Source: Chrysomallon squamiferum (Eukaryota; Animalia; Mollusca). Taken from it: a stretch of DNA of 64,000 nucleotides. Shown piece after piece: positions 1 to 13,790 of this stretch (position 1 is the first letter of the stretch; the number at the start of each line of letters is the position of its first letter). The translations under genes were made by a program, and so were the position numbers. The notes below the pieces were generated by a model. That model did no database searches, was not told the origin of the DNA, and worked only from the letters and a program-made list of their open reading frames with translations. The DNA is taken from contig CM022665.1 in assembly GCA_012295275.1 (NCBI GenBank), positions 17,608,001-17,672,000 of the forward strand, read 5' to 3'.

Positions 1-37
1 TATTCATTCACTGATTCTTGTTTTGATATAATTACAG

Positions 38-3000
38 AAAAATATGCTTCATTGGATACTGCCTGCTGGAGTGAGATATCTCACAATAGATAACATATTT
101 TCTTATGAAGGAGGAGATGATTGTGTTTGTATTCAGAGTCCATGTTCATTGACCACTGGTGGGTAAACCATAACTTTGAAGAAGTCCTTTAAATACTGTA
201 TATACTTGTGTATAAGTCGAATTTTTGGGAGACTATATTAAGGTAATATTTTGGGGGTCGATTTATACATAGGTAATGCTTTTGTAGCTGTTGCTGAAGA
301 GTCGCCATTTTGACTATTTTTTGCTACGGGATGCATCTAAAATAATCGCGGTCTTTCAGCTTTTAAAAAATATAATTTTATTGTATAAAAAATTTTGAAA
401 AATTAAATAACAAAATCAAATATGAATGTAAAACATGATAGTCTTCCGTTTAATGACATAAAAATACATTTTAAAGCGAGAAAACCGCCAGTACGGCGTC
501 TTGCAATGATCTAGGAATGCAGACTTCTCTGCCAAATTGCACTAAATATCGGTCCTAATTTCATAAACAAAACTCACTTGTTTAATTGTAAAGAATTTGG
601 TGAAATAATATTGCAATCGTCATTAATATCCACTACCGACAAATTTTGTAAATCACAGAACGGCTAAATATAACGGTAAGTTAGGTCTCCATGTTAGACC
701 TATTACATTAAAGAGATACTATTTATGATACATTTAGGCTATAGCTCATGTAATACATGCATTTACGTTATTATGGTATGTTCGTGCAAGTTACAGCTCA
801 TGCAAGTTATGTTACAGTAGGCGTACAATGTAGGCCTTCATGGCACTGTCACACTGGTCTAAAAATAGTGACGGTGCCTGGAATCTACAGTCGACTTATA
901 CACAAGTAATACCTAAAATGATGCAATTTTTGGTCTTAAAATACACATCGACTTATACATAAGGTCGCCTTGTACACAAGTATATACGGTAAGTTTTAAA
1001 CAGAAGTATGTGTCATAAACGTTAACTGTATATTATTATTTAAATCAACCACTTCAGTTACAATTTAAACAGAAATTTAAATGGTTTTGAATATAATTCA
1101 GATTTTTAAATATATGTGATAAAAAAATATTTTCCAGCTGTTGCAGAGAATGAGTCAAAAGTTCAGTGATTAATAAAATGTTTTGAAAAGTTTTGTTTAA
1201 ACATCTTTTTATGTGGAACTCAAGGATGTTAATAGTATTTATCATTTTTATATTTAAGCAAATATTTATATTTGTAAGTTACATTATTTATTTCCCAAAA
1301 CTTCAAAATAAAGCAGCTTTTTTTGCAGCATAGTCATAATATGTCAGTTTGAATTGATAGTCTTATTATAAAAAAAAAAAATTCATTATCATCATCATCA
1401 ACATTATTAATTTTATTATTATTTATTCATTATTGTTATTAATTTATTATCATCATCATGAAATCATCATCTTAATGATTACAGAGACTGTTGAACTACT
1501 CTCTAAGTGAAGCATACTAAATATTATCTACCCTGTATCCAAAAGAATGACTGAAGGCTCCTCACACATTTCTTTACAAAACTGTTTTTCAGAGTTTCAG
1601 CATTTTGAAGTGATCATACAGAAAACATCTCAAGATGGGAAGGGTCCAGCAATTAGTTTGGTAACATGTAGCCCACTGAAACCTACACCCACTTGTGAAG
1701 TAAACAAGGATTATATTCGCTGGCAACCCACAGGCGATGATGATGGTCAGTGATTTGTGAAGGGAGGAGGGGATTGTTATATTTCCTGGTTTAAAAAAAA
1801 ACAAAAAACAAAATATTTAACAGTTTGATGAGTACAGTGATACTTATTAATAATCAGAATGACAGCGTGTTTATTTCAAAACATTTCAGAATTAAATTTT
1901 GTCTGGCTTTTTTTTCTTTTTTTTTTTTTGTTCTCTATGAGCTCTAGGATGTGTTTTGATTTTAGATCAGTCCAGGAGTTGTTTTTTTGTTTGTTTTTTC
2001 ACTATTTCGTGCCTCAATTATTTTCACATAACTTGTTCTTCAAAAGGTGTGCTATATGCTGATATTTCTGTGGAAAGTCAAAACAAAACAAACAAAAATG
2101 TTTCCTTCATACAGAAAACATACAGATTTCTTCTAAAGACTAAACGTTTAGAACTTTTTGACATACAGCATAACCTGAGATAGAAAATAAATATTGTTCT
2201 TTTACCAGTATTGCTTAACCACAATAACCAGTAATAAAAAGTTGATCACTGAGCTGATACAGTTGGTACTAAATATATATATTTGTAATGCAACAGTGGA
2301 TGATAGAAAACAAAAAATACTGTGTCATTAAGCAAAGCAAAACTTTAATGGTGCATCTAATGATCCCTTTGTGCTGGTGTGTTGTTAACATTTCTGTTTT
2401 GTTTGTAGGAACTAAAGCTTGTGTGGGTATGAGGATGGGATGGGGAATTGTTTACAATCCAGATGTGAGAAATTCTTCTGTGTTTGATTCTAAAGAGCAG
2501 CAGTTGGTTCTGTGTTATGTCACTATCAATATGTGTGTTACATACACAAAGATGATGCTGCAGCCAGTCGGTGGATTCTTCCCTCTCATAGTTCTTGATG
2601 AAGATGGTAAATATGTAAACATTTCATTTTAACTTTGGCTTCACATTCTCAGTAACTGAATTTTTTTTTTACATTTTTTTAAAATTTATACCAGGTAAAT
2701 AGAAATTTGTTTTCTAAAAGCCAAATAAATGGAAAAAATAATTTAAACTTCCTAGAGAAAATTTCTTTAAGATGCATAAAAAGGAGATATGTATTTTTTT
2801 ATTATTATTTATTGATTGGTTGATTTTTTAAATTTTATTATACATATTACTGAATTATGTTTATTTTACTGATTTAGTGTCTGAAATAATACTTTATAAC
2901 AAAGAATTTGTTGATGTGTGTTTGTAGCTAGCAGAGTGACGATAGATGTGGAATCAAACTGCTGTCCCAACATCAATGATGTCCTTGACAACAGTTTCCG

Positions 3001-6000
3001 ACACAGATTTGCAGAAATCTCAAAAATGATTTCTTCTGATTCACTAGCTAGAGGTATTTATTTTCAGATTTTGTCTGATGCCTGTTGTTTTGTTTCTGTT
3101 ACATGTGTTTGTGTAAGTTTTTGGGTAGTTAGGTATGTGTGTATATCTTTGCTATTCATATTAAATACAGTTTTAGAAAATAAAAATTTAAAAAAGATTT
3201 CATATTATGTTCAAGAAGGTAGAAATGTTTTTAGTCCATATTTCATTATTATTTAGAAAATCTCAATTATCTGTCACATTCATGTGGAAGTAAAATCAAT
3301 CCTATGATCATTAGGTGGAAAATCTCAATTATCTGTCAGATTAATGCTGCAAATCATCTATAGATTTCATTTTTCTGTAATTAATATGAGATACATTTAA
3401 TTTAAGTATCATCAGCATAATTTCTTTTTGTTTGTTTTCCAGAAATAAAAGTGTCCATGTTCAATAAATCCAAAAGCCTAGTAGTCGACATACAGGGGCA
3501 GTACACTCGGGTACGGCTGCCTCCTGGGACAAAAGGGGTTACATGCAATACAACTGAAAAAACCTCTTACACAGGAGAGTTCCTCATTCTTTGTGGAAAT
3601 CAAGAAATGTGGTAAGTAAACAATTTTGACATTAAATACTAATAAATTCTGGTTGCATTATAACTGGTTATCCCTTGAATAATAATTAATCTAAAAATCC
3701 ACTGTACAACCTCTCACACACAAATTCATCTTTAAACAGATTGTTGTGGGTTTTTTTTTAAATTAATTATTTAAATTAATTTTCAATTGTTTCTGTTTAT
3801 TATATAAATCAAGTATTCTGGATAATATTTTGAATAATTTTATCAGTATTCATTTAACGTTATATTTTTTATTATTTAATTTATGGATTTTTTATACATT
3901 CAGCATCAACAATCAGTTTCATTATGATGAATATTTTTATTTATTTCTATTACAAATTTGTGATTTCAGTCTTTGCAGGACAGAGGACAGGATTATTTGT
4001 CAAACACAGGATCAAAATGAAAATTAAACAAATTTTATTCTTGTTACCATTTTACTCAGCTACATGCCAACTGTACATTTTAGATGAAGTTGAATAATCA
4101 CTCATTTTCCTCTTTTGCTGTGAAGATATCTGATATGGCTATCCTACCATTATCTACTCATCAATATTTTGTCAATCTGATAATCATATGATCACTTATT
4201 TTCAGATGAAGAATCTGTTGTGGCTGTTGGTGTTGCAGGTAAAAACCTGCCAAGTAACAAATTTCCTGGCAAATTTGAAAAGTCAGTGGGGTGGCTGTCT
4301 CGTGATGGTAAACTGTATTACAACCAGAGAACTGATGGAAATATGTCTGGTGCAAGAACTGGTGATGGTAAAATAGTCTGTGTTTTGTGGTTAATATCTA
4401 GTTTTTATAATTTAAAATATATATATATATGTAAATATTTTTTGAGAAATTTTATTTTGTACTTTTTATTAAAACAGTCCATTTGCTTAAAAAAACACAA
4501 CCCAAAACAACCAATAAAATATATTAAATGAATCACAAAAGTGTGTATATATATATAGTTGTTTATATTTTCTTTTAACTGAACACAAAACAGGAAGTTT
4601 TTTTAGAGAAGAATCACATACATGTTGAGTACTGTGTAAAAAGGTTTTTGTATATATATTTATTTCAACAGCTAAAGGAAAATACTAAGATATATAGATA
4701 GATAGATATTCGTCCTTTTTTGTTTTGTTTTAACACACACACAAACTGGTACACATTCCAATCCATCAGATGCATATAAAATATCTCTTGGCAAAAATAT
4801 GAAACAGCAGTAGCAGAAGTGGGTTTTTCTCTGACCTTTTGTCACTGCATAATAAAAACAATTATAACAAAATATTTTCAAACAAATATATATTCATGCC
4901 ACACTCATTCCAGGTGACATTATGACGGTAGAAATAGAAGCATTTGCCAAGGAGATGTCTGTGGTGTTATTCAGTAAGAATTTGCTGCCTGTTGGGACTC
5001 GCTTCCTAACAGAGAAAGACAGGAGTCAGTTTCTTCCAACAGTTGTTTTGTGTGGGAATGGTCACGAAGTGGATGTAGACATTTGCTGGCAGACACACAT
5101 ACTGAAACCCCGCAAGTACAGTGTGGTGAGTCTTAGTGTCATGTTTTGAGTCTTAATATGGTGTGCTGTGAGCTGAGTCTTAGAGTTTTAATAATGTTTT
5201 GAGTCTTAATATGGTGTGGTGAGTCTTTTTGATTGTGGTGATATGATGCCTTGGTGTGGTGTGTCTTAGTGTGGTGTTTTGAGTTTTAATAAGATGTGAT
5301 ATAGTGAGTCTTAGTATGGTATTGTGAGTCAGTTTTGTGTTTTGAGTCTTAGTGTGGTGTGGTGAGTCTTAGTATGATGTTGGTGTGGTGTGGTGTCTTA
5401 GTATGATGTTGGTGTAGTGTGGTGTTATGTGGTGTTTTGTGTTTTATTATGGTGTTGTGAGTTTAATATGTTGTAGTGGTTTTTGTATGGTGATGCAAGT
5501 TGTTCTAGTATGATGTTATGAAGTTTATCATAAAGAAAGCAATTTATATATGGTGTTGTAAGTTTTAATATGGTATTATAGATTTAAATATGTTGGTGTG
5601 AGTTTAAGGATGGAGTTGTGTTTTAATATTGTGTTATGTGTTTCAGTATGATGTGTGTTTTTAATATGATGTTATGTGTTCTAAAAATTAATATTGTTTG
5701 AGTTTCATTATGGTGTTGTGTATTTTAATATAATATTGTGAATTTTAGTATTGTGGTATATGTTTTAATATGGTGTGGTGTGTTTTAATATATGAGTTTC
5801 AGTTTGGTGTTATGTGTTTTAAAATTGTGTGTTTAGTATTCTATTTTGAGTTAAAGAATGTACTGTTGTAATTTTCAGTATGATATTGTAAGTATAATGT
5901 GGTTTGGTGAGTTTTAGTATGTTTTTTTTTTTTTTTTTTTTTTTTTGCTTTCTTAAGATCATGCACATTTATATAATAATTGTTTAATGCTTAAAAGATT

Positions 6001-9000
6001 TTAAGTGCTATTGAAAATATGTATTTTCGTACAAATAGTTTTGCATGTTTTGTAAACTTATTTAACAGAATTCATTATTTAAATATACATAGTGCATGTT
6101 CATCAGTTTGGGATGGTGTTCATGTTCATTTGATTTTTTACTGTGACTGTGCTTATATACTTAAGATGGGTCTTATGTGAGGTGGTTTGCATGGGTGCAC
6201 TTGTGCAACATAAAGTACAATGTGGTGAATCTTAGTATGGTGTTGTGAGTTTTAATATTGCGTAGTGAGTTTTAGTATAGTGTGGTGAGTTTTAATTTGG
6301 TATATTCTAAATCTTAGTATGTGTTGCGAGTTAAAATATGGTATGCGCTGTATAAAACTGATTAGTGAAATAGATACATACTTACTTTTTAAAAATATTT
6401 TTAAATGGTTCATTATTTGAAACAAAATGTTTTGAAATCTTTTTAAAAAAAAAAGATTTTAGATGAATTTGAAAAGTAAATAAATAAAATATTAAAAATT
6501 GTTCTCACCAATAAAACATTCTGAATAAGGTAAAAATTTTGAATGTTTTGTTTCTCAGACAAATCCGGAACACTGGTGCTTACCTGCAGGTTCAGTTGTT
6601 GATAAGACTATGAACATCGTCTATGTCAAACCTCACGATGATGCTGCTGTTGCTTTGCAGGCTCCTTATAGCCTTCACAGAGGTTTGTTTGTCTTTCAGT
6701 AATTTGTATCATAAATGTTAAGTTCAGTGTTAGAAGCACTTGCCTCTCAATAAATGGGTTTGCAGGGTCTTTATTTCATTCATTCTCAGAGATGTTTTTC
6801 ATTATTGCCTGGTGGTTTTATCAAAAAATGTTATTTTAATCTTCTAATTATAGCAGCTTATTTCTTTTAGCAGATCAAGAAATTGTTATAACAAGTTTCT
6901 TTTGGCATTTAATTAATTTATTTTTATTTTACTTTTCTTTATGTATTTTATTTTATTTTAGTTTAGTTATTTATTACTTATTTATTTTTTAAATTGTTTA
7001 TAATTATTATTATTGTTATTTCATTTTATTTTATTATCATTATAATTATTATTGTTGATGTTGTTTTTTTTTGTTTTTATTCTTTTTTCAGGCTACAATC
7101 ATTTTGAAGTGAAAATCATTGACGAGTTTAATGACAATTTCCCTCCTCCTGCCATTGCACTCTCCACAGCAAGTCCACTGGATCCAGCTCCAATTTCAAA
7201 CTTTAAACAAGATTTTCTTAGATTCTGGGCAACTGGTGAAGGTAGAAAACAGAATTAGTATTTATTTAAAATGAATAATTTTTTCATGTTATAAGTATCT
7301 GGAATTTTGTTTGCTGCTTATTGATTCTTTAGAGACCCGAAAAACAATTACAGTGGTACCCTGAGTTACGAATTTTCAAAGTTACCAGGCCGGTCGATTT
7401 TTTGAGTTGCAAGCCAAAATCTGAGTTACAAGCAAGCTTCAGATGCACTGCCACTAGCTGGCACAATGGACAACATAACATCCACCCAGCATCCCACATC
7501 TCACTCGTTTACTTCACTTGGCTACCCCAGGACAAATACACTTTACTAAACAAATTTATTTCTTTACATTCTCTTTTATTTTGTTTTTTTATACAATATT
7601 TGTCATTTATAAATACATTTTTCTTATTTAAAAACACGTTACAAAAAACTGGGGTGGTTTTTTTGTGTGCTGGAATGGATTAATGGTATTTCAGTTAATT
7701 TCATTTTGATATACTAGCAAACTGAGTTACGAGCTCAGTCACAGAATAAATTACACTCATAAGTCAAAGTAATACTGTACTTGTTTATAATTGTTTAATT
7801 CAGTAGTGACAAAAATTCTGTCAGAATAGATTTTGTCTGTAGTCATGTTCATTAAATTCTTTTTCTAAGGAAATGTTTCCAAGTTTTGAAGTAATCATAC
7901 ACATTTTGCATATAGTTGGAGTTATTAAAAAAAACTAAAATTTTGTTTGGATGTAACTACATTTAAAATTGATTTCTTTATTGTGTATCATCAAAATCTA
8001 TTTGTTAGCACAATTTAATATATGACACCTCTCTGTCATTTGATGACAACTTAGAAAATGCCTTTTATAATTTTTCAAAAGTTGTATATATAAAACAACA
8101 ATACAAATTGGACATTTTAAATTATTTATAGTTGTAAATGATGTAAATTATTGTGTGAATGGAACATTAATCATCTTCAAATTTTAGTTAAAAGTTTTAG
8201 GAATTTATAGCAAATATATTTATGCTGCTTTTGTACACACACATTTTTTACTATCTGTGTGAGTGTGTGAGTGTGTGAGTGTGTGTGTGTGTGTGTGTCT
8301 ATGCATATATATTATTCTATGGATAACCATTTTAATGTTCACACTGACTTGCAATTTTCTGTAAATCAGTGACAGTAATGTTTGATACTTTTGCAGCCAG
8401 AGATGCTGTGGAAGTAGGAGACCTTGTTGGCTGGGGACTGCTGTACTTGGAGGAGGGATTTCATCATGATGAAGAACAGCTGGTCATATGTTACCTCACA
8501 GTTAACCGCAATGTTCTGTTGACAAGAGTAATCTATCAGCCACCCGGAGGCTTTTATCCCCTGATCATCCTGCCACCAGGATGTAAGAACTGTTTCCTTT
8601 AAATATATTTATCTTTCATCTTTTATTTAGCAAATTGTCTAATAACTAAAACAAATTTATTATAATGTCACCTGGAGTCAGTGTGATATGAATAGATATT
8701 GTTTTCACACCATTTCAGTATAATTTTGTGTTTACCAATAATTTAGCAGTGACAAAATCTGTGAGAGAAAACTTACTTCTATTACTATTTTTTTCCACAT
8801 TATTGTTTTATTTGCTATGGGAACACAAGCCTTTGCTCATCATAAATATAGCAGGTCTGGTAAAATACATGGAGACTGCCAAATTTTTTTTTTTTTTTTG
8901 TGTATTCAGGATGCGGCATCTCCCATAGAAATATAGAAAGAAAGTCAAGACAACTTAATCAGCCAATTCACTAATCAGCATAAGAAAATAATTAGTAAAA

Positions 9001-9834
9001 TTGCTAACGTTTGTCAGGATTTAAAAACAATACATGTTGTAAGACTTGAAACCTTGATTATAATAATAGAAAGGAAAATGGCTTCCTCTAGGAATCAACA
9101 TGATGTTGTTAAGTTATTGCCGACTTTATTCTCAATAATGATTTGTTGACTTAATAAAACAGTCTCTTGAAATATTACAAAATATATTTAACACCTCTGT
9201 TTGACCAATCTGATATGTTTTAATATGCATATTATCAGTGATCAGAAGACGTATATAAAATAACTTAATTTTTTCTATTAAATCATAGAATATTAGAAAT
9301 TGAAATGTATGTGTGTGTTTGTATACTTAAACACAAAATTAAACAAAAGCATAAATAATTTATATATTATTATATCAACTATTTTTATTAAATATTTTCA
9401 TGAAATTTTTGGTCATTAATTAAATAAATTGTAAATATTTCTGCTTGCCAGTAAACCGTGTGAAGATGGAATTTGAAGCAACTGTCATAAACTCTCATCC
9501 ATTTTCCAAAAAGGCAGTTGAGATTCTTGTTTCACAAGCAAAGGAATTGATTGTTGAAGAAAACAGAATTTTGGCTGCTGGTGGTGATCTTAACAATCTG
9601 AGTTTTGATACAGCTAAGTTATTTCGTCCTCTGCCAGACGTACCAGTAGGTTCTCCTCAGGAGCAGTACAAAGAGCCAGATCCTGGGGAGAAAACTCCTT
9701 TAGGTTCAAAAGACACTGACAGTGTTGGTATGAGGAAAAAAGAAAAATTGGGAAAAGCTCTGAAAAGAAGATCTTCCAAACAGTCAATAACAAAAGGGGA
9801 TCATGAAACATCAAAAAGTTGCTTAATTCTGTGA
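38..9834 (+). CDS. Multi-SPRY/B30.2-like domain protein (SPRYD3-like), 3' portion only; polybasic C-terminus with CaaX (CLIL)
   Basis: Phase-consistent GT-AG exons: 38-158, 1593-1745, 2409-2606, 2928-3053, 3443-3611 (one base too long), 4206-4367, 4914-5125, 6559-6682, 7092-7241, 8397-8582, 9452-9834. SPRY-type motifs: HFEVII/HFEVKI, AVGVA..PG.FEKSVGWLSRDGKLY, GDLVGWG, CYLTVN, QPPGGFYPLI. The 5' end lies outside the window. Confidence 0.8.
196..989. mobile_element. Non-autonomous pogo/Tc2-type DNA transposon (MITE-like), ~794 bp, intronic
   Basis: TA|CTGTATATACTTGTGTATAAGTCGA at the left end and TCGCCTTGTACACAAGTATATACGG|TA at the right end form ~25-bp imperfect inverted repeats with a TA duplication. 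Internal GTCGACTTATACA sub-terminal repeats. CpG-richer than the flanks. No transposase ORF. Confidence 0.8.
5115..6345 (+). repeat. Degenerate ~20-bp tandem array built on the exon-7 5' splice site (GTGTG|GTGAGTCTTAGT)
   Basis: Unit approximately GTGAGTCTTAGTATGGTGTG. It starts at the real donor (5126), decays toward ~5920 and resumes at ~6220-6345. Confidence 0.85.
7351..7777 (+). mobile_element. Internally deleted Tigger/pogo element (MITE), same family as 43224-44004
   Basis: TA|CAGTGGTACCCTGAGTTACG ... CATAAGTCAAAGTAATACTG|TA. Its right part is the approximate reverse complement of the left part of the 43224 element (GGAATGGATTAAT, GAGCTCAGTCACAGAAT). Confidence 0.8.
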
Positions 9835-9973
9835 AAAATGGTGTTCTTAATTTGAACAGTGTGCTTAACTGATGACTGATGGAAGATTTTTGGTGATGTG
9901 AGCCTTTATAAGGCAACATGTTTTGGGAGATATTTTTTGGACTCTAATGAAATTACATTTAAAACTGATTTCC

Positions 9974-10007
<34 letters not shown>

Positions 10008-11734
10008 CAATACTGTATTTATCTCAAAAGTTTTAAATTTTGTTTAAACAATGATAGAAATATAATCTCAGGTTTATGTGTGACATTTGACAACAACTTT
10101 GAAAGTGCCTTTTATAAATTTTTAAAAGTGGGGGGAAGAAAGGACCATTCTTGAAACAATGGAGAATCAAACTTTTAAATATTTGTAATTATGAATGCTT
10201 GCAAACATTTTCTTATGATATATGCATGGAGCAATTATCATCTTCAGATTTTTAAGAAATTTTTTGATAATTTACAGCAAATATTTTTCTGCTGGTTTTA
10301 CATGTAAGTTATCTATACATTTGTTTTTTCAATATACCATAAATCTTTTTATTGGATAATTAAATTTCATAATCATTCTCTTAATGATGTTAATTATCCA
10401 TCAAAAAAAAATTTCATATTTTTCTGTTTCTGGGCTGATATGATATTCAGGAGTCTCTGGTGGGGAGATGTCCACTTCTTGCAGCATAATGAGAAGTTTT
10501 TTTTACGGCCACAGGTTAAATCCATTTTCCACCATTAATGGTAATAAAAATTTGAGTCAATATATCTGCTTACTGCAAGGAAAGAGTAAAGACTTTATAT
10601 CTGGCATAACTACTCAATATGAATTATGAAAATCTTAACCAATACATATTCAAATTATAAGCAGAAAATAATGAACATTTTGTAACTTCTTTAACATTTT
10701 GAGTTATTTCATTCATCATTTGGTTTGGGAAAATGATAGAAATTTTGCACTTTTGATATTGCAAATCATTGTCATGTTTAACCATATCAAAAAGTGAAAA
10801 AGGAAAAAAAAAAATTATTCAGAATTAAGAAATCACAAATTTTCTATGGTATCTTTTATGTTTCAACAGTATTTTTAACCTTTTTATCAGTAATGAAAAT
10901 AATGAACACATATGAATTATTCAACAAGAAAATATGTTTCTCTAACAAAAGACTGAAATAAAACAGATACATTTTCACACAACAGATTGCATGTGAGGCA
11001 ATTAATTCCATTGTATTCTTAAAATGTTTTTAATATTAATTTTATGTTAAAAAGATTTGCAAACATTTTCACACTGTTATGTATTCACCTCACTTTATGC
11101 TTTTTCTTTTAGACAGTTGTTGTAAATACATCCTACAGATGTGTCTGTTTGTATATTCATAATATTCAGCTTCATGTTTCAAAAGTTTATAATGTATTGC
11201 TTTTTTTATTATTTTTTATTATTTCTGATATACTTGCCTTTGTGCAGTCATTTAAATTATTTGCTCTGTGATTCTAAGACACATACAGTATTTATTTGTG
11301 TTTGTGATAAATGATTTTTTTATGTTCTGTGATATTTTTAAATTATTTATATTGAAGATGTTTTATTTTATTATAATTGATATAGTCATATAATTAACAA
11401 TATATATAATATCACAAAATCTTATCAAAAGTATTTACTTAATCTATTGGGGCTTTTTTTAAATAAATTTTTATCACTGTTTAAATTGTTTTTTTTTTTT
11501 TTTTTTTTTCTATCACAATGCAGATTAATCCATATATTTATATTAAGGTAATAGTTTCCAGTAATTATGTCTGTAGATTTTTTTTACAAGGATGGTACAA
11601 AGTATGAAGACAAGATCATTTTTGTTCAGTAGTTAATTCCAAGAATATTGTATGTCTGTCTGTCACTTGGTTTGTCACTTTTCTTACTAATGTATCAAAG
11701 AATGTGTTGTTTTCAGTTACACATAAGATCATTT

Positions 11735-11930
11735 AATTATTAAGGAGGTATTTTTAAAATATTCTAATTTATAGTACTTGTTCCAAAATTATTTTTAAAA
11801 TATTCTATTTTGCAGTACTTTTTCTGAAGGTATTTTTAAAATATTATAATTTATGGTACTTGTAGTCAAGTCTTCAGTTAGACTTAGATAATTTGTAATC
11901 GATCATTAAGGAGGTATTTTTAAAGTGTAG
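11735..11930. repeat. Short degenerate tandem repeat (~40 bp, 3-4 copies)
   Basis: Recurring GGTATTTTTAAAATATTCTAATTTATAGTACTTG-like unit, flanked by two GATCATT..TAAGGAGGTATTTTTAAA copies. Confidence 0.65.
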
Positions 11931-12130
11931 GATACTCAAATCCAGTTAAAATGTATTTTGGTATCTTTATCCATTTTTTTTTTTTTTTTTTTTTTCTGGG
12001 ATTGTGTAAAACTTGTTTACAATCACAGTATCTTTTTTTTTTTTTACTTGTAAGATATTGAAACTCAGTTAAAATATTTCTTGGCATCTTTTTTTGTTTT
12101 GTTTGTGGAGGTTAGGGGAATGCAGGATTT

Positions 12131-12168
<38 letters not shown>

Positions 12169-12847
12169 TTATTTAACAAATAGGCAAAATAAAAATGATA
12201 ATTTGAAAATCAGTGTAAGAAGCATCAGCAATGATTCCAAAATCAGTAACTAAAAAAATTAATCCTTTTCATTATGTCCTGTATATTAAAGCATAATTCT
12301 TTCACCATTATTCTTTAAATCAGTTTCATTTTATATTGTTTTAGATTTTAATTTACAAAATTATTCTTTACATTTCAGTGATATTTCTGTTTCATTTTAT
12401 GTTGCATTAGTTCTTAAATGATGGAGAACTGGTTTTGTTTTTAAATTAAGTAGAGTATTTTTAATATGTTTGTGTTTAAACTTAGCAAACATCTAATATT
12501 TTGGCCTCATTTTTCATTTCAAATCATGAAAATAATATAGAGAATTAACATCTGTTCCAATGGGCCAATGTTTCTTGCTTATTAGAATCCATTCTAGGAA
12601 TATTTTTGTAGTATGTAACTATAGCTATATTTCTTATTAACTGTCTTCACATTACAAATATATTAGGACTTCACTTACATTAAAGCCAAAAGAATATAGA
12701 TATAGTGCCAAAGGGAAATGCAATATCTTTGTGTCCTTAATGGTGTATTGGATATGAAAAGATCAGAGGTTCCAAAATGTTACAAATTCACAAGCATGAC
12801 TGGTTCAGAGATTTTAGCAGAATTCTGCATTACAAATAACATACTTA

Positions 12848-12892
<45 letters not shown>

Positions 12893-13549
12893 AATAATGA
12901 AATAAAATTAATAATTCAAAAAATAATAAGTATGTAAATAAAATAAAAGTGTTATAAGATAATAACAGTATCAAATTACAATACTTAAGACAAATCTTCA
13001 GACAAATCTTCAGTTGAATTTTATTATAAAAATAAGATTTCATGATTACAGAATTGTTGACTTATTTTGACTTATTTGTGAATTTTGTTTTTGTTGCCTG
13101 CATCCACTGTGTTCCGTTAGCCCCATTAGCCAATTTTAGGCTAAATTCTAATCATGGGAAAGTAAATAATTTATTTATATTTGCCTTAAAATGCTAAACT
13201 AGTAACTACCTCAGATAAAATATATTTAAATTATATAGTTAGTCACAGTTCAGTTAAATTGAGTATGTTGCTATTAGTGACAACAGTTTAGAGTTGAAAA
13301 GAAAGAATAAATTTTAATTTCAGTTTATTTTATCTGTATTTTTTACCCACCAGTTGTTGTTATTTGATACTACAGCACACAAGAAATACAAACATACCAA
13401 AAAAACATGACCTAAACATTAAAAACCAAAGACAAACATATGCACAAACATGCCAAAAACAAGTATACTCGAACAAAACACGTAGACCGTCAAAAACAAA
13501 GAATTGAATTATATTTTTTTATGTTGAATAATTTTGTAAATAATTTCTG

Positions 13550-13790
13550 TGCAATATGCTATCTAGGGAAAAAAAAAAAAATGTTTGTCTGTTGTTCTGT
13601 CTGCTTTAATAAAGAGAAGGAAATATGAATGTATCTTTTTTATGTTGAAAGGGAATCAGAGTATCTGTTTGATAGTGTTATCTGATACTGCTAAGGAATA
13701 TGCTATCTATGGGTAAAAAAAAAATGTTTGTCTGTTGTTTGTTACTGATTAAGAAGAGAGGGAAATCATGAGAATATCTTTTTGATGCAG
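13550..13790. repeat. Local direct duplication (~145 bp, 2 diverged copies)
   Basis: AATATGCTATCTA..GG(A)nTGTTTGTCTGTTGTT..AGAGA.GGAAAT..GA..TATCTTTTT occurs at ~13552 and ~13697. Confidence 0.65.

Noticed and set aside
1547-1592. ATG-initiated start of the 68-aa ORF as the gene start
   Set aside because: The homologous repeat structure and phase indicate an internal exon beginning at the acceptor at 1593. The upstream part is intronic.
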